NCBI GenBank assembly: GCA_949283125.1
Contig: CASDRK010000011.1
Location: forward strand, 23,363 to 87,362
Length of the DNA stretch: 64,000 nt
From: an uncultured Clostridia bacterium
Lineage (GTDB): Bacteria; Bacillota; Clostridia; Christensenellales; Borkfalkiaceae
Direction of reading: 5' to 3'
A model generated the notes under the pieces. The model was not told the origin of the DNA. It was given only the letters and a program-made list of their open reading frames with translations, and did no database searches. Position numbers and translations under genes: made by a program. Shown here piece after piece: positions 23,640 through 33,221 of this stretch (its first letter is position 1; each line of letters begins with the position of its first letter).

Positions 23640-26600
23640 ATGATTCAATTCAAATCCATAAAACTCGTCGGATTCAAATCCTTTGCCGACCCCACCGAAA
23701 TCAACCTTTCGGACGGCGTCACCTGCATTGTCGGGCCCAACGGCTGCGGCAAGAGCAACGTTGCCGACGCCATACGCTGGGTGCTGGGCGAACAATCCGC
23801 CAAGCAGATGCGCGGCACGCAGATGATGGACGTCATCTTCAACGGCACCGAAAAGCGCAAAAAGATGTCCTTTTGCGAGGTCACGCTCACCTTCGACAAC
23901 ACCAACCGCATTTTCGACATCGACTGCGACGAGGTGGAGATGACCCGCCGGCTCTACCGCGACGGCGAAAGCGAATACATTCTAAACCGCCAGCCTTCCA
24001 GAATGAAGGTGCTGACGGCTCTTCTGCACGGCGCCGGCGCGGCCAAGGAGGGCTACTCCATAATAGGTCAGGGCCGTATCGCGCAGATAATGAATTCCCG
24101 CCCGGAGGAGCGCCGCTCGATATTCGAGGAGGCGACGGGCATAATAGTTTTCAAGGACAGAAAGGCCGAAGCGGAGCGTCGTCTCGCCGCCGCGCGCGAC
24201 AATCTGTTCGTGTTCGTGCAGAGGATGCAGGAGGTGGAGCGCCAGCTCAACCCCCTGGCCAAGGCCGCCGAAAACGCCCTCAAATACCGCGAGCTGTATT
24301 CGCAGCTCCGCCATCATGAGGTCAACACATACATATACCGCCACGACACCGCCGAGGGCGAGCGCGGCAGGATAAAGAGCAGGATGACCGCGTTTTCGGC
24401 CGAGATAGACAGGCTTGCGCAGCTGTCGTCCGACCTGCTCAAGGAGCACGACGAGTGCCGCAGCCTGATTTCTTCGGCCGACGAGCGGCTCAAGGCGCTG
24501 AACGACAAGCGCGTAAGCTACTCCGTCGGCATAGCCGAAACTTCGGGCGAGAGCAAGGTTTTCAAGGAAAAGGCCAACGCCGTCAAGGCAAAGCTGCAGC
24601 AGGCGCAGGAGGAGGTAGCATACTCCTCCAAGCGCATAGGCGAAATAGACAGGGAGATAAAGCGCGCCGAGGACTATGCGGGCAAGAACGGCGCCCGCGC
24701 CGACGGGCTTTCGGAAGCGTGCGAAAAGCTGCGAGCCGAGATAGCCGGCCTTTCGGAGAGCATATCGAGCTACGAATACATGACGGGCGAACACCGCAAG
24801 AAGGTAATGGATACCTTCAAGGACCTGTCCGCAATCAAGGAGAGCATGGGCTCGCTGTCCGCACAGAAGGATCTCATCCGCGACAGGATAGACGAGGTCG
24901 AGCAGATAATGTCCCGCATAAAGGACGAGCACGCGGCGCTCAAGGCGCAGTACGACGAGGCCGTGGCCGAACAGAACAGGCTCAACGAGCTGCTCGGCAG
25001 CGAAAACACCCTCGTCGCCGATGCCGACGCAAAGGTCAGGGAGACCGAGGAAAAGCTTCAAAGGCTGATATCCGAGGTGTATTCCGTGCGCGCGGCTATA
25101 AATTCGCTGGGCGAAACGCTCAAGACCCATCAGGCCCTGCGCGACCGCTTTGAAGGCTACATATATTCGGTCAAACGCCTGATGAGCGATGCGCGCGACA
25201 ATCCCGCGCTCGGCCAAAAGATAATGGGGCTCATAGCCGACGTGGTAACCACGCAGCGCGAATACGAGGTGGCCATCGAAACGGCCTTCGGCGGCGCGAT
25301 GCAAAACGTGATCACCGCCACGCGCGAGGACGCGCAGGCGCTCATACTCTACCTTAAAAACAACCGCGCGGGGCAGGTTACCTTCATGCCCGTGGACGCT
25401 CTGCGTCCCCGCTACGAAAACGAGCAGATAAAGTCCGCCCGGCGCGAGCCCGGCGCGGTCGGTTTTGCCATCGACCTCGTTTCATACGATAAAAAGTACG
25501 AAAACGTAATACACAATCTCTTGGGCAACACGCTCATATGCGACGATATCCGCTCGGCCACGGCCATCGCCCGCAAATATCCCCGCGCGTTCAAAATAGT
25601 CACTCTCGACGGCGACGTCATCTCTACTACAGGTTCCATGACGGGCGGTTCGCGCAGGGAAAATTCGGCCAACCTTCTGGCCAACGAGCGCAATTTGAAG
25701 GAGATCGAGGAGCAGATAGAGAGCAAGCGCTCGGCCCTCGCCCGCGCGGAGAGCCGCAAGGCGGCCGCGCTGGAGGACAGGGACAGGGCCGCGGAGGAGC
25801 GCGAACAGCTGCGCGAGCGGCTGCAAAACGCCGGCAACGAACTGGCCGCCTGCACGCAGAAGGCTTCGGGTCTGTTGGTGAACGTCACCGACAAGGAGAG
25901 CGAGTACGCGGCATATTCCCAGTCCAAACGCGCCTTTGAACAGAAACTGGCCGAGCTGGACGATAAATATTCGTCCACTTCCGCCGGCGCCAGCACGCTG
26001 ACGAAGCAGTCGGACGAAGTCTCTTCGGAGATGGACGACATGTCGGTCAAGTACGACAAGCTCATTGCCGAGCGCAACGAAAAGGTGGAAAAGCTCAACG
26101 GCTATCAGATAGATCTCGCTTCGCTCCGGTCGGCGGTAAAAAACAGCGGCGAAAGCGTTGCCCGTCTCTCGGCGGAGAGGGCCGACCTCATCGCCAAGGT
26201 GGCCTCGCTCGAAGCGCTGCTGCCCGGCATGCAGTCTGAATTTGAAGATTTCTCCGCAAAGGCGGCCCGCGCCGCTCTCTCCACCGAGGACAGGGAGGAG
26301 CTGGACAGGATACTTAAGGACATCGGCGAACTGGAGGAGACGAAGCGCTCGCTCAACGCGCGCACTGAACAGATAGACGCCGCCCGCCTGCAGACTTACG
26401 ACGACAGCGAAAAGTGCAAGGAAAAACTTCACTCCGCCGAACTGCAGCTGCAGAAGATAGATTCCGACCTCGAAAATCTTCAGAGCCGCATAGCCGAAGA
26501 ATACAACCTCGACTACGAAAGCTGTCTGGAATACAGGGAGGAAGGCTACGACATCTCGCAGTCGGCTTCTGCCATAGCCAACTACAAGCGTCAGCTCACC

Positions 26601-27239
26601 ATGCTCGGTCCCGTCAACCACAACGCCGTGGAGGAATACGAGGAAGTTTCCGCGCGCTACAACAGGATGTGTCAGGACAAGACCGACCTCGAAAAGGGCA
26701 TAGAGGACCTCACCGTCGCGCTGAACGAGATACGCGACGAAATGCTGAAGATATTCAACGAGGGCTTCAACACGATAAACGAAAATTTCCAGCGCACCTT
26801 CAAGGAGCTTTTCGGCGGCGGACGGGCGGAGCTTCAGCTCGATTACACCGACTGCGACGATCCTTTGAACGCCGGCGTGGAGATAATCGCTTCGCCTCCC
26901 GGCAAAAAGCTTTCAAAAATTTCGCTGCTTTCGGGCGGCGAACAGGCGCTCACGGCCATTGCCATACTGTTCGCCATCATAGCGATGCGCCCCATGCCCT
27001 TCTGCGTGCTCGACGAAATCGAAGCCGCACTGGACGAAGCCAACGTTGGCAGGTACGCCCGCTATTTGAAACGATTTGCCGAAAAGACCCAGTTCATAGT
27101 CATCACCCACCGCAAGCCCACCATGGAAAACGCCGACGTGCTGTTCGGCGTCACCATGGAGGAGAAGGGCGTATCCAAGATAGTCTCCGTCAAGATCTCC
27201 GAAGTCGAATCGCGTCTCGGCGGCGACACGGTGGCCTGA
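23640..27239 (+). CDS. smc: Chromosome segregation protein SMC
   Basis: 1199 aa. N-terminal FKSFAD...IVGPNGCGKSN, long coiled coils, a hinge, and C-terminal LSGGE...VLDEIEAALD. Confidence 0.95.
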   Translation: MIQFKSIKLVGFKSFADPTEINLSDGVTCIVGPNGCGKSNVADAIRWVLGEQSAKQMRGTQMMDVIFNGTEKRKKMSFCEVTLTFDNTNRIFDIDCDEVEMTRRLYRDGESEYILNRQPSRMKVLTALLHGAGAAKEGYSIIGQGRIAQIMNSRPEERRSIFEEATGIIVFKDRKAEAERRLAAARDNLFVFVQRMQEVERQLNPLAKAAENALKYRELYSQLRHHEVNTYIYRHDTAEGERGRIKSRMTAFSAEIDRLAQLSSDLLKEHDECRSLISSADERLKALNDKRVSYSVGIAETSGESKVFKEKANAVKAKLQQAQEEVAYSSKRIGEIDREIKRAEDYAGKNGARADGLSEACEKLRAEIAGLSESISSYEYMTGEHRKKVMDTFKDLSAIKESMGSLSAQKDLIRDRIDEVEQIMSRIKDEHAALKAQYDEAVAEQNRLNELLGSENTLVADADAKVRETEEKLQRLISEVYSVRAAINSLGETLKTHQALRDRFEGYIYSVKRLMSDARDNPALGQKIMGLIADVVTTQREYEVAIETAFGGAMQNVITATREDAQALILYLKNNRAGQVTFMPVDALRPRYENEQIKSARREPGAVGFAIDLVSYDKKYENVIHNLLGNTLICDDIRSATAIARKYPRAFKIVTLDGDVISTTGSMTGGSRRENSANLLANERNLKEIEEQIESKRSALARAESRKAAALEDRDRAAEEREQLRERLQNAGNELAACTQKASGLLVNVTDKESEYAAYSQSKRAFEQKLAELDDKYSSTSAGASTLTKQSDEVSSEMDDMSVKYDKLIAERNEKVEKLNGYQIDLASLRSAVKNSGESVARLSAERADLIAKVASLEALLPGMQSEFEDFSAKAARAALSTEDREELDRILKDIGELEETKRSLNARTEQIDAARLQTYDDSEKCKEKLHSAELQLQKIDSDLENLQSRIAEEYNLDYESCLEYREEGYDISQSASAIANYKRQLTMLGPVNHNAVEEYEEVSARYNRMCQDKTDLEKGIEDLTVALNEIRDEMLKIFNEGFNTINENFQRTFKELFGGGRAELQLDYTDCDDPLNAGVEIIASPPGKKLSKISLLSGGEQALTAIAILFAIIAMRPMPFCVLDEIEAALDEANVGRYARYLKRFAEKTQFIVITHRKPTMENADVLFGVTMEEKGVSKIVSVKISEVESRLGGDTVA

Positions 27240-27342
27240 CGGCAGGCGATCGAGCGCAAATGCGCAATGCGGAGCCGGCGTTTTGGCGGCGCAAAATGCG
27301 ATGTCGGCCGCGCACAGACAATGTAAACGCTACCAAGCTTTT

Positions 27343-27505
27343 CAACGGAGCGTTGCCGGCCGCGAGAGGATGACGGGAATGAGATAACGCCCGTTCGCGG
27401 GATATGGTACAGCGGAACGCTGTTTCGCTGCATGTGATGCAACGGAACACTGCCGGCCGCGAGAGGATAACGGGAATGAAAAAACGCCCGTTCGCGGAAT
27501 CTGAT
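27343..27505 (+). repeat. Two ~65-bp copies of a structured repeat (CAACGGA.C..TGCCGGCCGCGAGAGGAT.ACGGGAATGA.A.AACGCCCGTTCGCGG)
   Basis: Copies start at 27343 and 27440, with partial CA(A/G)CGGAACG(T/C)TG copies at 27410 and 27507. Each copy folds as CCGCGA..ACGGG / CCCGT TCGCGG. Confidence 0.85.
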
Positions 27506-27518
27506 GCAACGGAACGTT

Positions 27519-27588
27519 GCCGTAGAGGGCGGAGCCCTCAGATAACTGCGCATCGGTGCATGGCCTCTAATGCACGATGCGCGTTAAA
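27519..27588 (+). repeat. 70-bp structured repeat, copy 1
   Basis: 69 of 70 positions are identical to 27707-27776. It contains GAGGGC-gga-GCCCTC and a 13-bp stem GCGCATCG(G)TGCAT/ATGCACGATGCGC. Confidence 0.9.
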
Positions 27589-27706
27589 TAAATCACGTGC
27601 GCAAGGCGGATTCATTCCGCCGGCAAGCGCGCCACAATTTGCGCATACCTGCGCCTCGGCGGGTGAATACGGCGCAATTATAAAAATGCAGGGCGCTGAA
27701 GATTGC

Positions 27707-27776
27707 GCCGTAGAGGGCAGAGCCCTCAGATAACTGCGCATCGGTGCATGGCCTCTAATGCACGATGCGCGTTAAA
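27707..27776 (+). repeat. 70-bp structured repeat, copy 2, ending at the ftsY Shine-Dalgarno
   Basis: Same sequence as copy 1 (G to A at the position equivalent to 27532). It is followed by AAGGAGcatatatatATG of ftsY. Confidence 0.9.
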
Positions 27777-27789
27777 GGAGCATATATAT

Positions 27790-28686
27790 ATGGGCATATT
27801 TTCCAAAATAGCCGGCGCTCTCAAAAAGACGAGGGAAGCGCTGGGCGGCGCGCTCGGCGCGCTGTTTGCAAAAAACAAGATAGGCGACGAGTTCTATGAA
27901 GAGCTTGAGGAGATACTCATCTCTTCCGACATTTCGCTCAACACCGCCGAAGAGGTAGTGGACGAGATCCGCGCTGAGGTCAGGCAGGAAAAGCTTCGCG
28001 ACAAGGACTATATCGTCGACCTGTTAAAGGACGTGCTTGAAGAAAAGCTGACCGAAGCCGAGGTGCCGCAACTCGGTTATCCCGCCGTGATAATGCTCGT
28101 GGGGGTAAACGGCGTCGGCAAGACCACCACGGTCGGCAAGCTGGCCAATTACTTTTTAAAACAGCATAAGTCCGTCACCGTGGCCGCGGCCGACACGTTC
28201 CGCGCGGCGGCAAGCGATCAGCTCGCCATATGGGCGGAGCGCGCCAAGGTGCGCATAGTCAAGCACGAGGAGGGCTCCGATCCCTCCGCCGTGGTGTTCG
28301 ACGCCCTGTCCTCCGCCAAGGCGCGGGGGACCGACGTGGTGATAATAGACACCGCCGGGCGTCTGCACGTAAAGGCTAACCTAATGGAAGAGCTTAAAAA
28401 GATGGACAGGGTGGTGAAGCGCGAATGGCCTTCGGCCAATTTTTACAAACTGCTCGTGCTGGACGCGACCACCGGACACAACGCCGTCAATCAGGCCAGA
28501 GTGTTCGACGAAGCCGTGGAACTCGACGGCATAGTTTTAACCAAGCTGGACGGCACGGCAAAGGGCGGGTTTGTGATTTCGCTCTGTTCCGAGCTGGGCA
28601 TACCCGTAATGTTTGCGGGCGTGGGCGAAAAGCTGGAAGATATCGAGCTGTTCGACCCCGGCGAATTTATAGACAACATCTTCTGA
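27790..28686 (+). CDS. ftsY: Signal recognition particle receptor FtsY
   Basis: 298 aa from MGIFSKIAG... SRP GTPase motifs LVGVNGVGKTTT, DTAGR and TKLDGTAKGG. Confidence 0.95.
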   Translation: MGIFSKIAGALKKTREALGGALGALFAKNKIGDEFYEELEEILISSDISLNTAEEVVDEIRAEVRQEKLRDKDYIVDLLKDVLEEKLTEAEVPQLGYPAVIMLVGVNGVGKTTTVGKLANYFLKQHKSVTVAAADTFRAAASDQLAIWAERAKVRIVKHEEGSDPSAVVFDALSSAKARGTDVVIIDTAGRLHVKANLMEELKKMDRVVKREWPSANFYKLLVLDATTGHNAVNQARVFDEAVELDGIVLTKLDGTAKGGFVISLCSELGIPVMFAGVGEKLEDIELFDPGEFIDNIF

Positions 28687-28745
28687 CCCGCAAATGCCTG
28701 CCCGCGAGCCGGGCAAAATAAATATATTGTGAGAGGTGTTTTATC

Positions 28746-29141
28746 ATGAAAATAGCGGTAACATATGAAAACGGTCTGGTCTTTCAGCACTTCGGCCACA
28801 CCGAACAGTTCAAAATTTACGAAGTCTCCGACGGCAAGGTGCAGTCGTCCGAAGTCGTCGGCACCGACGGCAGCGGCCACGGCGCGCTTGCCGGATTTTT
28901 AAAGGCGCGCGGCGTGGAAGCGCTCATCTGCGGCGGCATAGGCGGCGGAGCGCAGGCCGCTCTCGCGCAGGCGGGCATCAGGCTCTACGGCGGTGTCTCT
29001 GGCGGCGCGGACGAGGCCGTTGCGGCATATCTTGCGGGCAACCTCGGCTACGACCCCGACGTGCGCTGCGATCATCACGACCATGAAGAGGGGCACGACT
29101 GTCACAGTCACGGCGACTGCGGCGGACATTGCGGCAACTGA
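28746..29141 (+). CDS. NifB/NifX-family (Nitro_FeMo-Co type) domain protein with a His/Cys-rich tail
   Basis: 131 aa. MKIAVTYENG.VFQHFGHTEQFKIYEV...ALICGGIGGGA, then the tail CDHHDHEEGHDCHSHGDCGGHCGN. Confidence 0.75.
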   Translation: MKIAVTYENGLVFQHFGHTEQFKIYEVSDGKVQSSEVVGTDGSGHGALAGFLKARGVEALICGGIGGGAQAALAQAGIRLYGGVSGGADEAVAAYLAGNLGYDPDVRCDHHDHEEGHDCHSHGDCGGHCGN

Positions 29142-29334
29142 CGGTTGCGACCGGGTTGCAAAAATCCGGCAGCGGCGCGCTCTGTCGCGCCGCGCTTTTA
29201 TGACCGGCATGCGCGGCGGCGCTCCGCGTCGTCTTTCTTACAGGATTGCCGCGGCAAACTTGTGCGGGGCGGCCGTCTGACGCCGGATGTGCGGTTTCCG
29301 GCAAGCGCGCAGGTCAGGCCGCCGGGAGGGGAGC

Positions 29335-29913
29335 ATGAAGAAAGTTTTTGTCTTGTTTGCGTGTGCCGCGTGCCTTGCGTGCGCGGCCGCTGGCATGGCG
29401 GCGTATATTGTAGAAACAGACCGTTCGGCGGCTGCGGGAGCGCGCGGCGAAGGCGTGCGCCGCGCCGCCGACATACTCTCTTCCTGCGTGACGCCGCCCG
29501 CCGGCAACGCATACGGCATATCGCCCCTCCAAGCGGACTACGCCGTGGACGGAGCCGCGCTCGCGGCGGCGGGCATAACGGGCGAAGCCTGCCTTTCCGT
29601 TACCGTATCCTATGCCCGCGTGGATATCGCCGAAAATTTTGCCGCGGCGGACACCGCTCTGCGCGAAGCCGTTGTGTCGGTTTCCGCATCTGCGCAGGGA
29701 CAACCTCTCGCCTGCAATTTTTCATCCTCGTGCGCGGGCGACGGCGGGCAGACGACCCTGCTCGTCCGCGTGGTCTTTTCCGTCCCTGAAGACGGGAGCG
29801 ATTGCACTGTCGGCATCTGCGCTCGATTTGCGGCGGATGCCGGCGCGGCGGAGCTGTTCGCCGCCTGCGGCGACGAGCTGTTTGCCGTTTCCGCGGACAT
29901 ATCCGGCGTCTGA
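29335..29913 (+). CDS. Hypothetical secreted or lipoprotein-like protein (192 aa)
   Basis: ATG preceded by GGGAGGGGAGC. The N-terminus MKKVFVLFACAACLACAAAG is signal-like, and the rest is Ala/Gly-rich with no motif. In this GC-rich stretch many ORFs are spurious. Confidence 0.4.
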   Translation: MKKVFVLFACAACLACAAAGMAAYIVETDRSAAAGARGEGVRRAADILSSCVTPPAGNAYGISPLQADYAVDGAALAAAGITGEACLSVTVSYARVDIAENFAAADTALREAVVSVSASAQGQPLACNFSSSCAGDGGQTTLLVRVVFSVPEDGSDCTVGICARFAADAGAAELFAACGDELFAVSADISGV

Positions 29914-30388
29914 CTGCCGCCGCACCGCCGGGGCTGCTCCGCTCGCCCGCGTCGACGGCGAGTTTCGTCATGCGGCGTCCGCTTGCCGCGCCGTTCCGTG
30001 CTTGAACGGTGCGTTTCGGCCGCATATTGCCGCCCGGATTGTATTTGCATAAATTATTTTGTGCATCGCATATCTTATATCGTATATAATTAATGTTCGC
30101 GCGCCCGCGCGGAGCCTGCCGCTCCGCGCGGGCGCGCTCTTTGCTCTTTGACAAAAGGGGGAAGGAGCGTGCAGCCCGGGCTTTTTTTGTGCGCCGTCCT
30201 GCATTCGCCGGCGCATATGCGCTGTGCATTGCCCCGCCGCGCCGGCGGAAATTTACCATATCTTTACCCGCCTGCTGTTTACACGGCGCAAAAATTGTGA
30301 TATCATAACATTATAAACATGAGCGATGCATGCAGGCGCGGCCTGGGCCCGCCTTCCGCCCTGCGGCATGGCCCGAAAGGGGGTAGGT

Positions 30389-30922
30389 ATGAATATATGG
30401 CATGATATATCCGAAGAGCGGATAAAAGTTGCGGAATTCGAAGCGCTCATCGAAATTCCGCGCGGCTGCAAAGTCAAGTACGAGCTGGACAAGGTGACGG
30501 GTCTGCTGCGCATGGACCGCATACTGTACACGTCCACGGTCTATCCTTCCAACTACGGCTTCATTCCGCGCACTCTGGCGGACGACGGCGATCCTCTGGA
30601 CGTTCTGGTGCTGTGCAACGAATCCATATATCCCATGACGCTGGTCACGTGCGTGCCCATAGGCGTGATAAAGATGACGGACAGCGGCGAACTGGACGAA
30701 AAGATAATAGCCGTGCCCAAGGGCGACCCCACTTACAGGGAGTACGACGACATACGCGAGCTTCCCCGACACATCTTCGAGGAGATGATGCACTTTTTCG
30801 AAGTGTACAAGATGCTCGAACACAAGGTCACCACCGTGCAGGAGATCTGCCATCGCGGCGCGGCCATGGACATAATACAAAAGTGTATCGACAGATACCG
30901 CTCCGCATTTTCAAAGCAATAA
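30389..30922 (+). CDS. ppa: Inorganic pyrophosphatase (family I)
   Basis: 177 aa from MNIWHDI... It contains ..IEIPRG...KYE.D......DR........YP.NYGFIP.T...DGDPLDVLVL.. The ORF-track start at 30326 was rejected in favour of the ATG with SD AAAGGGGGTAGGT. Confidence 0.9.
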   Translation: MNIWHDISEERIKVAEFEALIEIPRGCKVKYELDKVTGLLRMDRILYTSTVYPSNYGFIPRTLADDGDPLDVLVLCNESIYPMTLVTCVPIGVIKMTDSGELDEKIIAVPKGDPTYREYDDIRELPRHIFEEMMHFFEVYKMLEHKVTTVQEICHRGAAMDIIQKCIDRYRSAFSKQ

Positions 30923-30947
30923 ATCGCGACGCCGACCGCGCGTTGCG

Positions 30948-30985
30948 GCCGCCGCAGGCCAACCGCCTGCGGCGGCTTTTTTTTT
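30948..30985 (+). terminator. Rho-independent terminator after ppa
   Basis: GCCGCCGCAGGC-caacc-GCCTGCGGCGGC followed by T9. Confidence 0.85.
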
Positions 30986-31195
30986 GCCGTTTTGCGGGCG
31001 GCGTCCGCCCCCGTCCGCCCCATGCTGCGGCAGTGCTTTCCGTGCGCGTCCCCGCGGCGGCTTATTAGTTATAAAAATCACATAAATGGTAGCTGTTAAC
31101 ATTTATTGTCGGCCAATAAAACATTAATTGTAAAAGATGATGAAACTTTACATTTCATGCCTTTAAACTTTACAAACATTTTACAGACGCGCCTA

Positions 31196-31223
31196 TTGAA
31201 AACGGCTCTGCAGACGGTATAAA
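31196..31223 (+). promoter_or_regulatory. Candidate promoter of the glutamate-fermentation operon (TTGAAA - 16 nt - TATAAA)
   Basis: It lies in a 230-bp AT-rich spacer and is preceded by two AAACTTTACA direct repeats (31143-31152 and 31165-31174). Confidence 0.4.
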
Positions 31224-31304
31224 ATTAATCTGCAAGGCGGATAGTGCGCCGTTTTCCGGAGAACGGGCCGCCTGTCCGAACGGGCAAAAACAGCTGAAAA
31301 AATT

Positions 31305-31721
31305 ATGGAGAAGAGCATGAAAACCATCGTGATCGGGGTGATCGGTGCAGACGTTCACGCAGTCGGCAACAAGATCATCGAGTACGTGCTGAAGAGCCAC
31401 GGTTACAACGTGGTCAACATCGGCGTGCTCTCGTCGCAGGAGGACTTCATAAACGCCGCGATAGAGACCAACGCCGACCTGATCTTAGTGTCTTCGCTCT
31501 ACGGTCAGGGAGAGATCGACTGCCGCGGCATGCGCGACAAGTGCATAGAGGCGGGTCTCAAGGACATTCCCCTGTTCGTCGGCGGAAACATAGTAGTCGG
31601 AAAGCAGGATTTCGAAGAAGTTAAAAAGCGTTTCTACGCAATGGGCTTCAACAGGGTATATCCGCCCGGAACGCCCATAGAACAGACCCTTCCGGATATA
31701 GTGGAAGTTTTGGGAGAGTAA
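31305..31721 (+). CDS. glmS: Glutamate mutase (methylaspartate mutase) small subunit S, B12-binding
   Basis: 138 aa. Near-colinear with clostridial GlmS/MutS from memory (..TIV.GVIG.D.HAVGNKI...[34 protein letters not shown]...KC.EAGL......[10 protein letters not shown]..). The DxHxxG B12 motif is present (ADVHAVG). Confidence 0.95.
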   Translation: MEKSMKTIVIGVIGADVHAVGNKIIEYVLKSHGYNVVNIGVLSSQEDFINAAIETNADLILVSSLYGQGEIDCRGMRDKCIEAGLKDIPLFVGGNIVVGKQDFEEVKKRFYAMGFNRVYPPGTPIEQTLPDIVEVLGE

Positions 31722-31724
31722 AAT

Positions 31725-33176
31725 ATGAGCCGCTACCTGATGATCGATTTTGGTTCGACGTTCACCAAACTTACGGCGATTGATACCGAAGCCGAGGATA
31801 TCATCGCAACGGCGAGTCATTTTACCACCGTGGCCACGGATATCACCGTCGGCTACGAAAACGCGTTGAAGATAATACACGAAAAGCTGGGCGGCGAGGT
31901 GAAGTTCGACAAGATAATCGGATGCTCCTCGGCTGCCGGCGGACTTAAGATGGCGGCCATAGGCCTCATCGACGAACTTACGCTGGAGGCGGCAAAGCGC
32001 GTCTGTCTCGGCGCGGGCGCCAAGGTGGACCTTGCGTTTTCGCACCACCTGACAAACGAGGATATCCAGAAGATAAAGGATAAAAAGATAGACATCATCC
32101 TCCTGTCCGGCGGCACCGACGGCGGCAATTCGGAGTGCGTGCTTTACAACGAGCGCAAGCTGGCCGAAAACGGCATACGCATACCCATAATCTACGCAGG
32201 CAACAAAAACTGCCGCGACGAGATAATGGAGATGGCTAAAAAGTACAGTCTCGACGAGTACATGTGCGCAAACGTCATGCCCCGCCTGAACGTTCTGAAC
32301 ATCCCCGACGCAAGGGAAAAGATAAGGGAGATATTCCTTAAAAAGATAATAGAGGCCAAGGGCATCAAAAAGATAGAGAGGGAGATAGACAAAGTTATAC
32401 TTCCCACTCCCGAGGCGGTGCTTCAGGCGTCGGAGCTTCTTTCCAGAGGATACATGCACGAACCCGGTCTGGGCGAAATAGTGCTCGCCGACATAGGCGG
32501 CGCCACCACGGACATGTATTCCATGAGCTCGCCTTCGGCCAAGCGGAGCGACGTGGTTTTAAAGGGGCTTGAAGAGCCCTATGCAAAGCGCACGGTGGAA
32601 GGCGACCTCGGCATGCGCTACTCGGCGCTCGGCGTGCTTTCCTCGCTCACCGCCGAGGAGATACGCCTGTACAACGCCGACGAGGGCGTGGACCTCAACA
32701 AGGAACTGACCTACCGCCACGAACACGTCGACAATATCCCCGTAAACCAACACGAGGAAAAGATAGACCGCATAATAGGCCAGATCTGCATAGACAAAGC
32801 CATGAGCCGCCACGTCGGCAGAATGGAAGAAATGTACACCCCCATGGGCATGATATACAATCAGTACGGCAAGGATCTCAGTCAGATACGCTACGTGATA
32901 GGCACGGGCGGCGTGCTCGTGCGCAACAACGACCCGTACTCCATCCTCAAAAAGGTGGAATACACCATGTCCAAACCGCTGGAGCTTCGCCCCATGCACC
33001 CGCAGTATCTTCTGGACGCCGACTATATTCTGGCCGCAATGGGCCTTCTGAGCGAGATAGATCCTCTGCTTGCGCTCAGGATAATGAAAAAGCATTTAAA
33101 GCCCATCGGGCCGGTCGCGGAGGAGACGGGCGAAAGTCCGGCCGCGCAGTTTGCCGCGGCGGGCGCGTGCGTATAG
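31725..33176 (+). CDS. glmL: Glutamate mutase accessory/reactivating protein GlmL (MutL)
   Basis: 483 aa. ASKHA-like N-terminus LMIDFGSTFTKLTAID and ..DIGGATTD... It sits between the S and E subunits, as in clostridial mut/glm operons. Confidence 0.85.
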   Translation: MSRYLMIDFGSTFTKLTAIDTEAEDIIATASHFTTVATDITVGYENALKIIHEKLGGEVKFDKIIGCSSAAGGLKMAAIGLIDELTLEAAKRVCLGAGAKVDLAFSHHLTNEDIQKIKDKKIDIILLSGGTDGGNSECVLYNERKLAENGIRIPIIYAGNKNCRDEIMEMAKKYSLDEYMCANVMPRLNVLNIPDAREKIREIFLKKIIEAKGIKKIEREIDKVILPTPEAVLQASELLSRGYMHEPGLGEIVLADIGGATTDMYSMSSPSAKRSDVVLKGLEEPYAKRTVEGDLGMRYSALGVLSSLTAEEIRLYNADEGVDLNKELTYRHEHVDNIPVNQHEEKIDRIIGQICIDKAMSRHVGRMEEMYTPMGMIYNQYGKDLSQIRYVIGTGGVLVRNNDPYSILKKVEYTMSKPLELRPMHPQYLLDADYILAAMGLLSEIDPLLALRIMKKHLKPIGPVAEETGESPAAQFAAAGACV

Positions 33177-33221
33177 CCGTGCGATCATCAAATTATTAAA
33201 ATCAACTATAAGGTGACAGAT

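Noticed and set aside
23057-26621. ORFs 23057-24319 (+), 23982-25304 (-) and 25482-26621 (-) inside or against rnc/smc
   Set aside because: Alternative-frame or antisense ORFs within the well-supported smc and rnc genes, with Arg-rich nonsense composition.
27343-27776. smc-ftsY repeats considered as a CRISPR array
   Set aside because: There are only two full copies of each unit, the units are 65-70 bp and strongly self-structured, the spacing is irregular, and there are no cas genes.
29145-30308. Multiple overlapping ORFs on both strands (for example 29145-29789, 29600-30259, 29612-30052)
   Set aside because: They are mutually overlapping Arg/Pro/Ala-rich frames in very GC-rich DNA with no motifs. 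Only the 29335 start has an SD and a signal-like N-terminus, and it is kept at low confidence.
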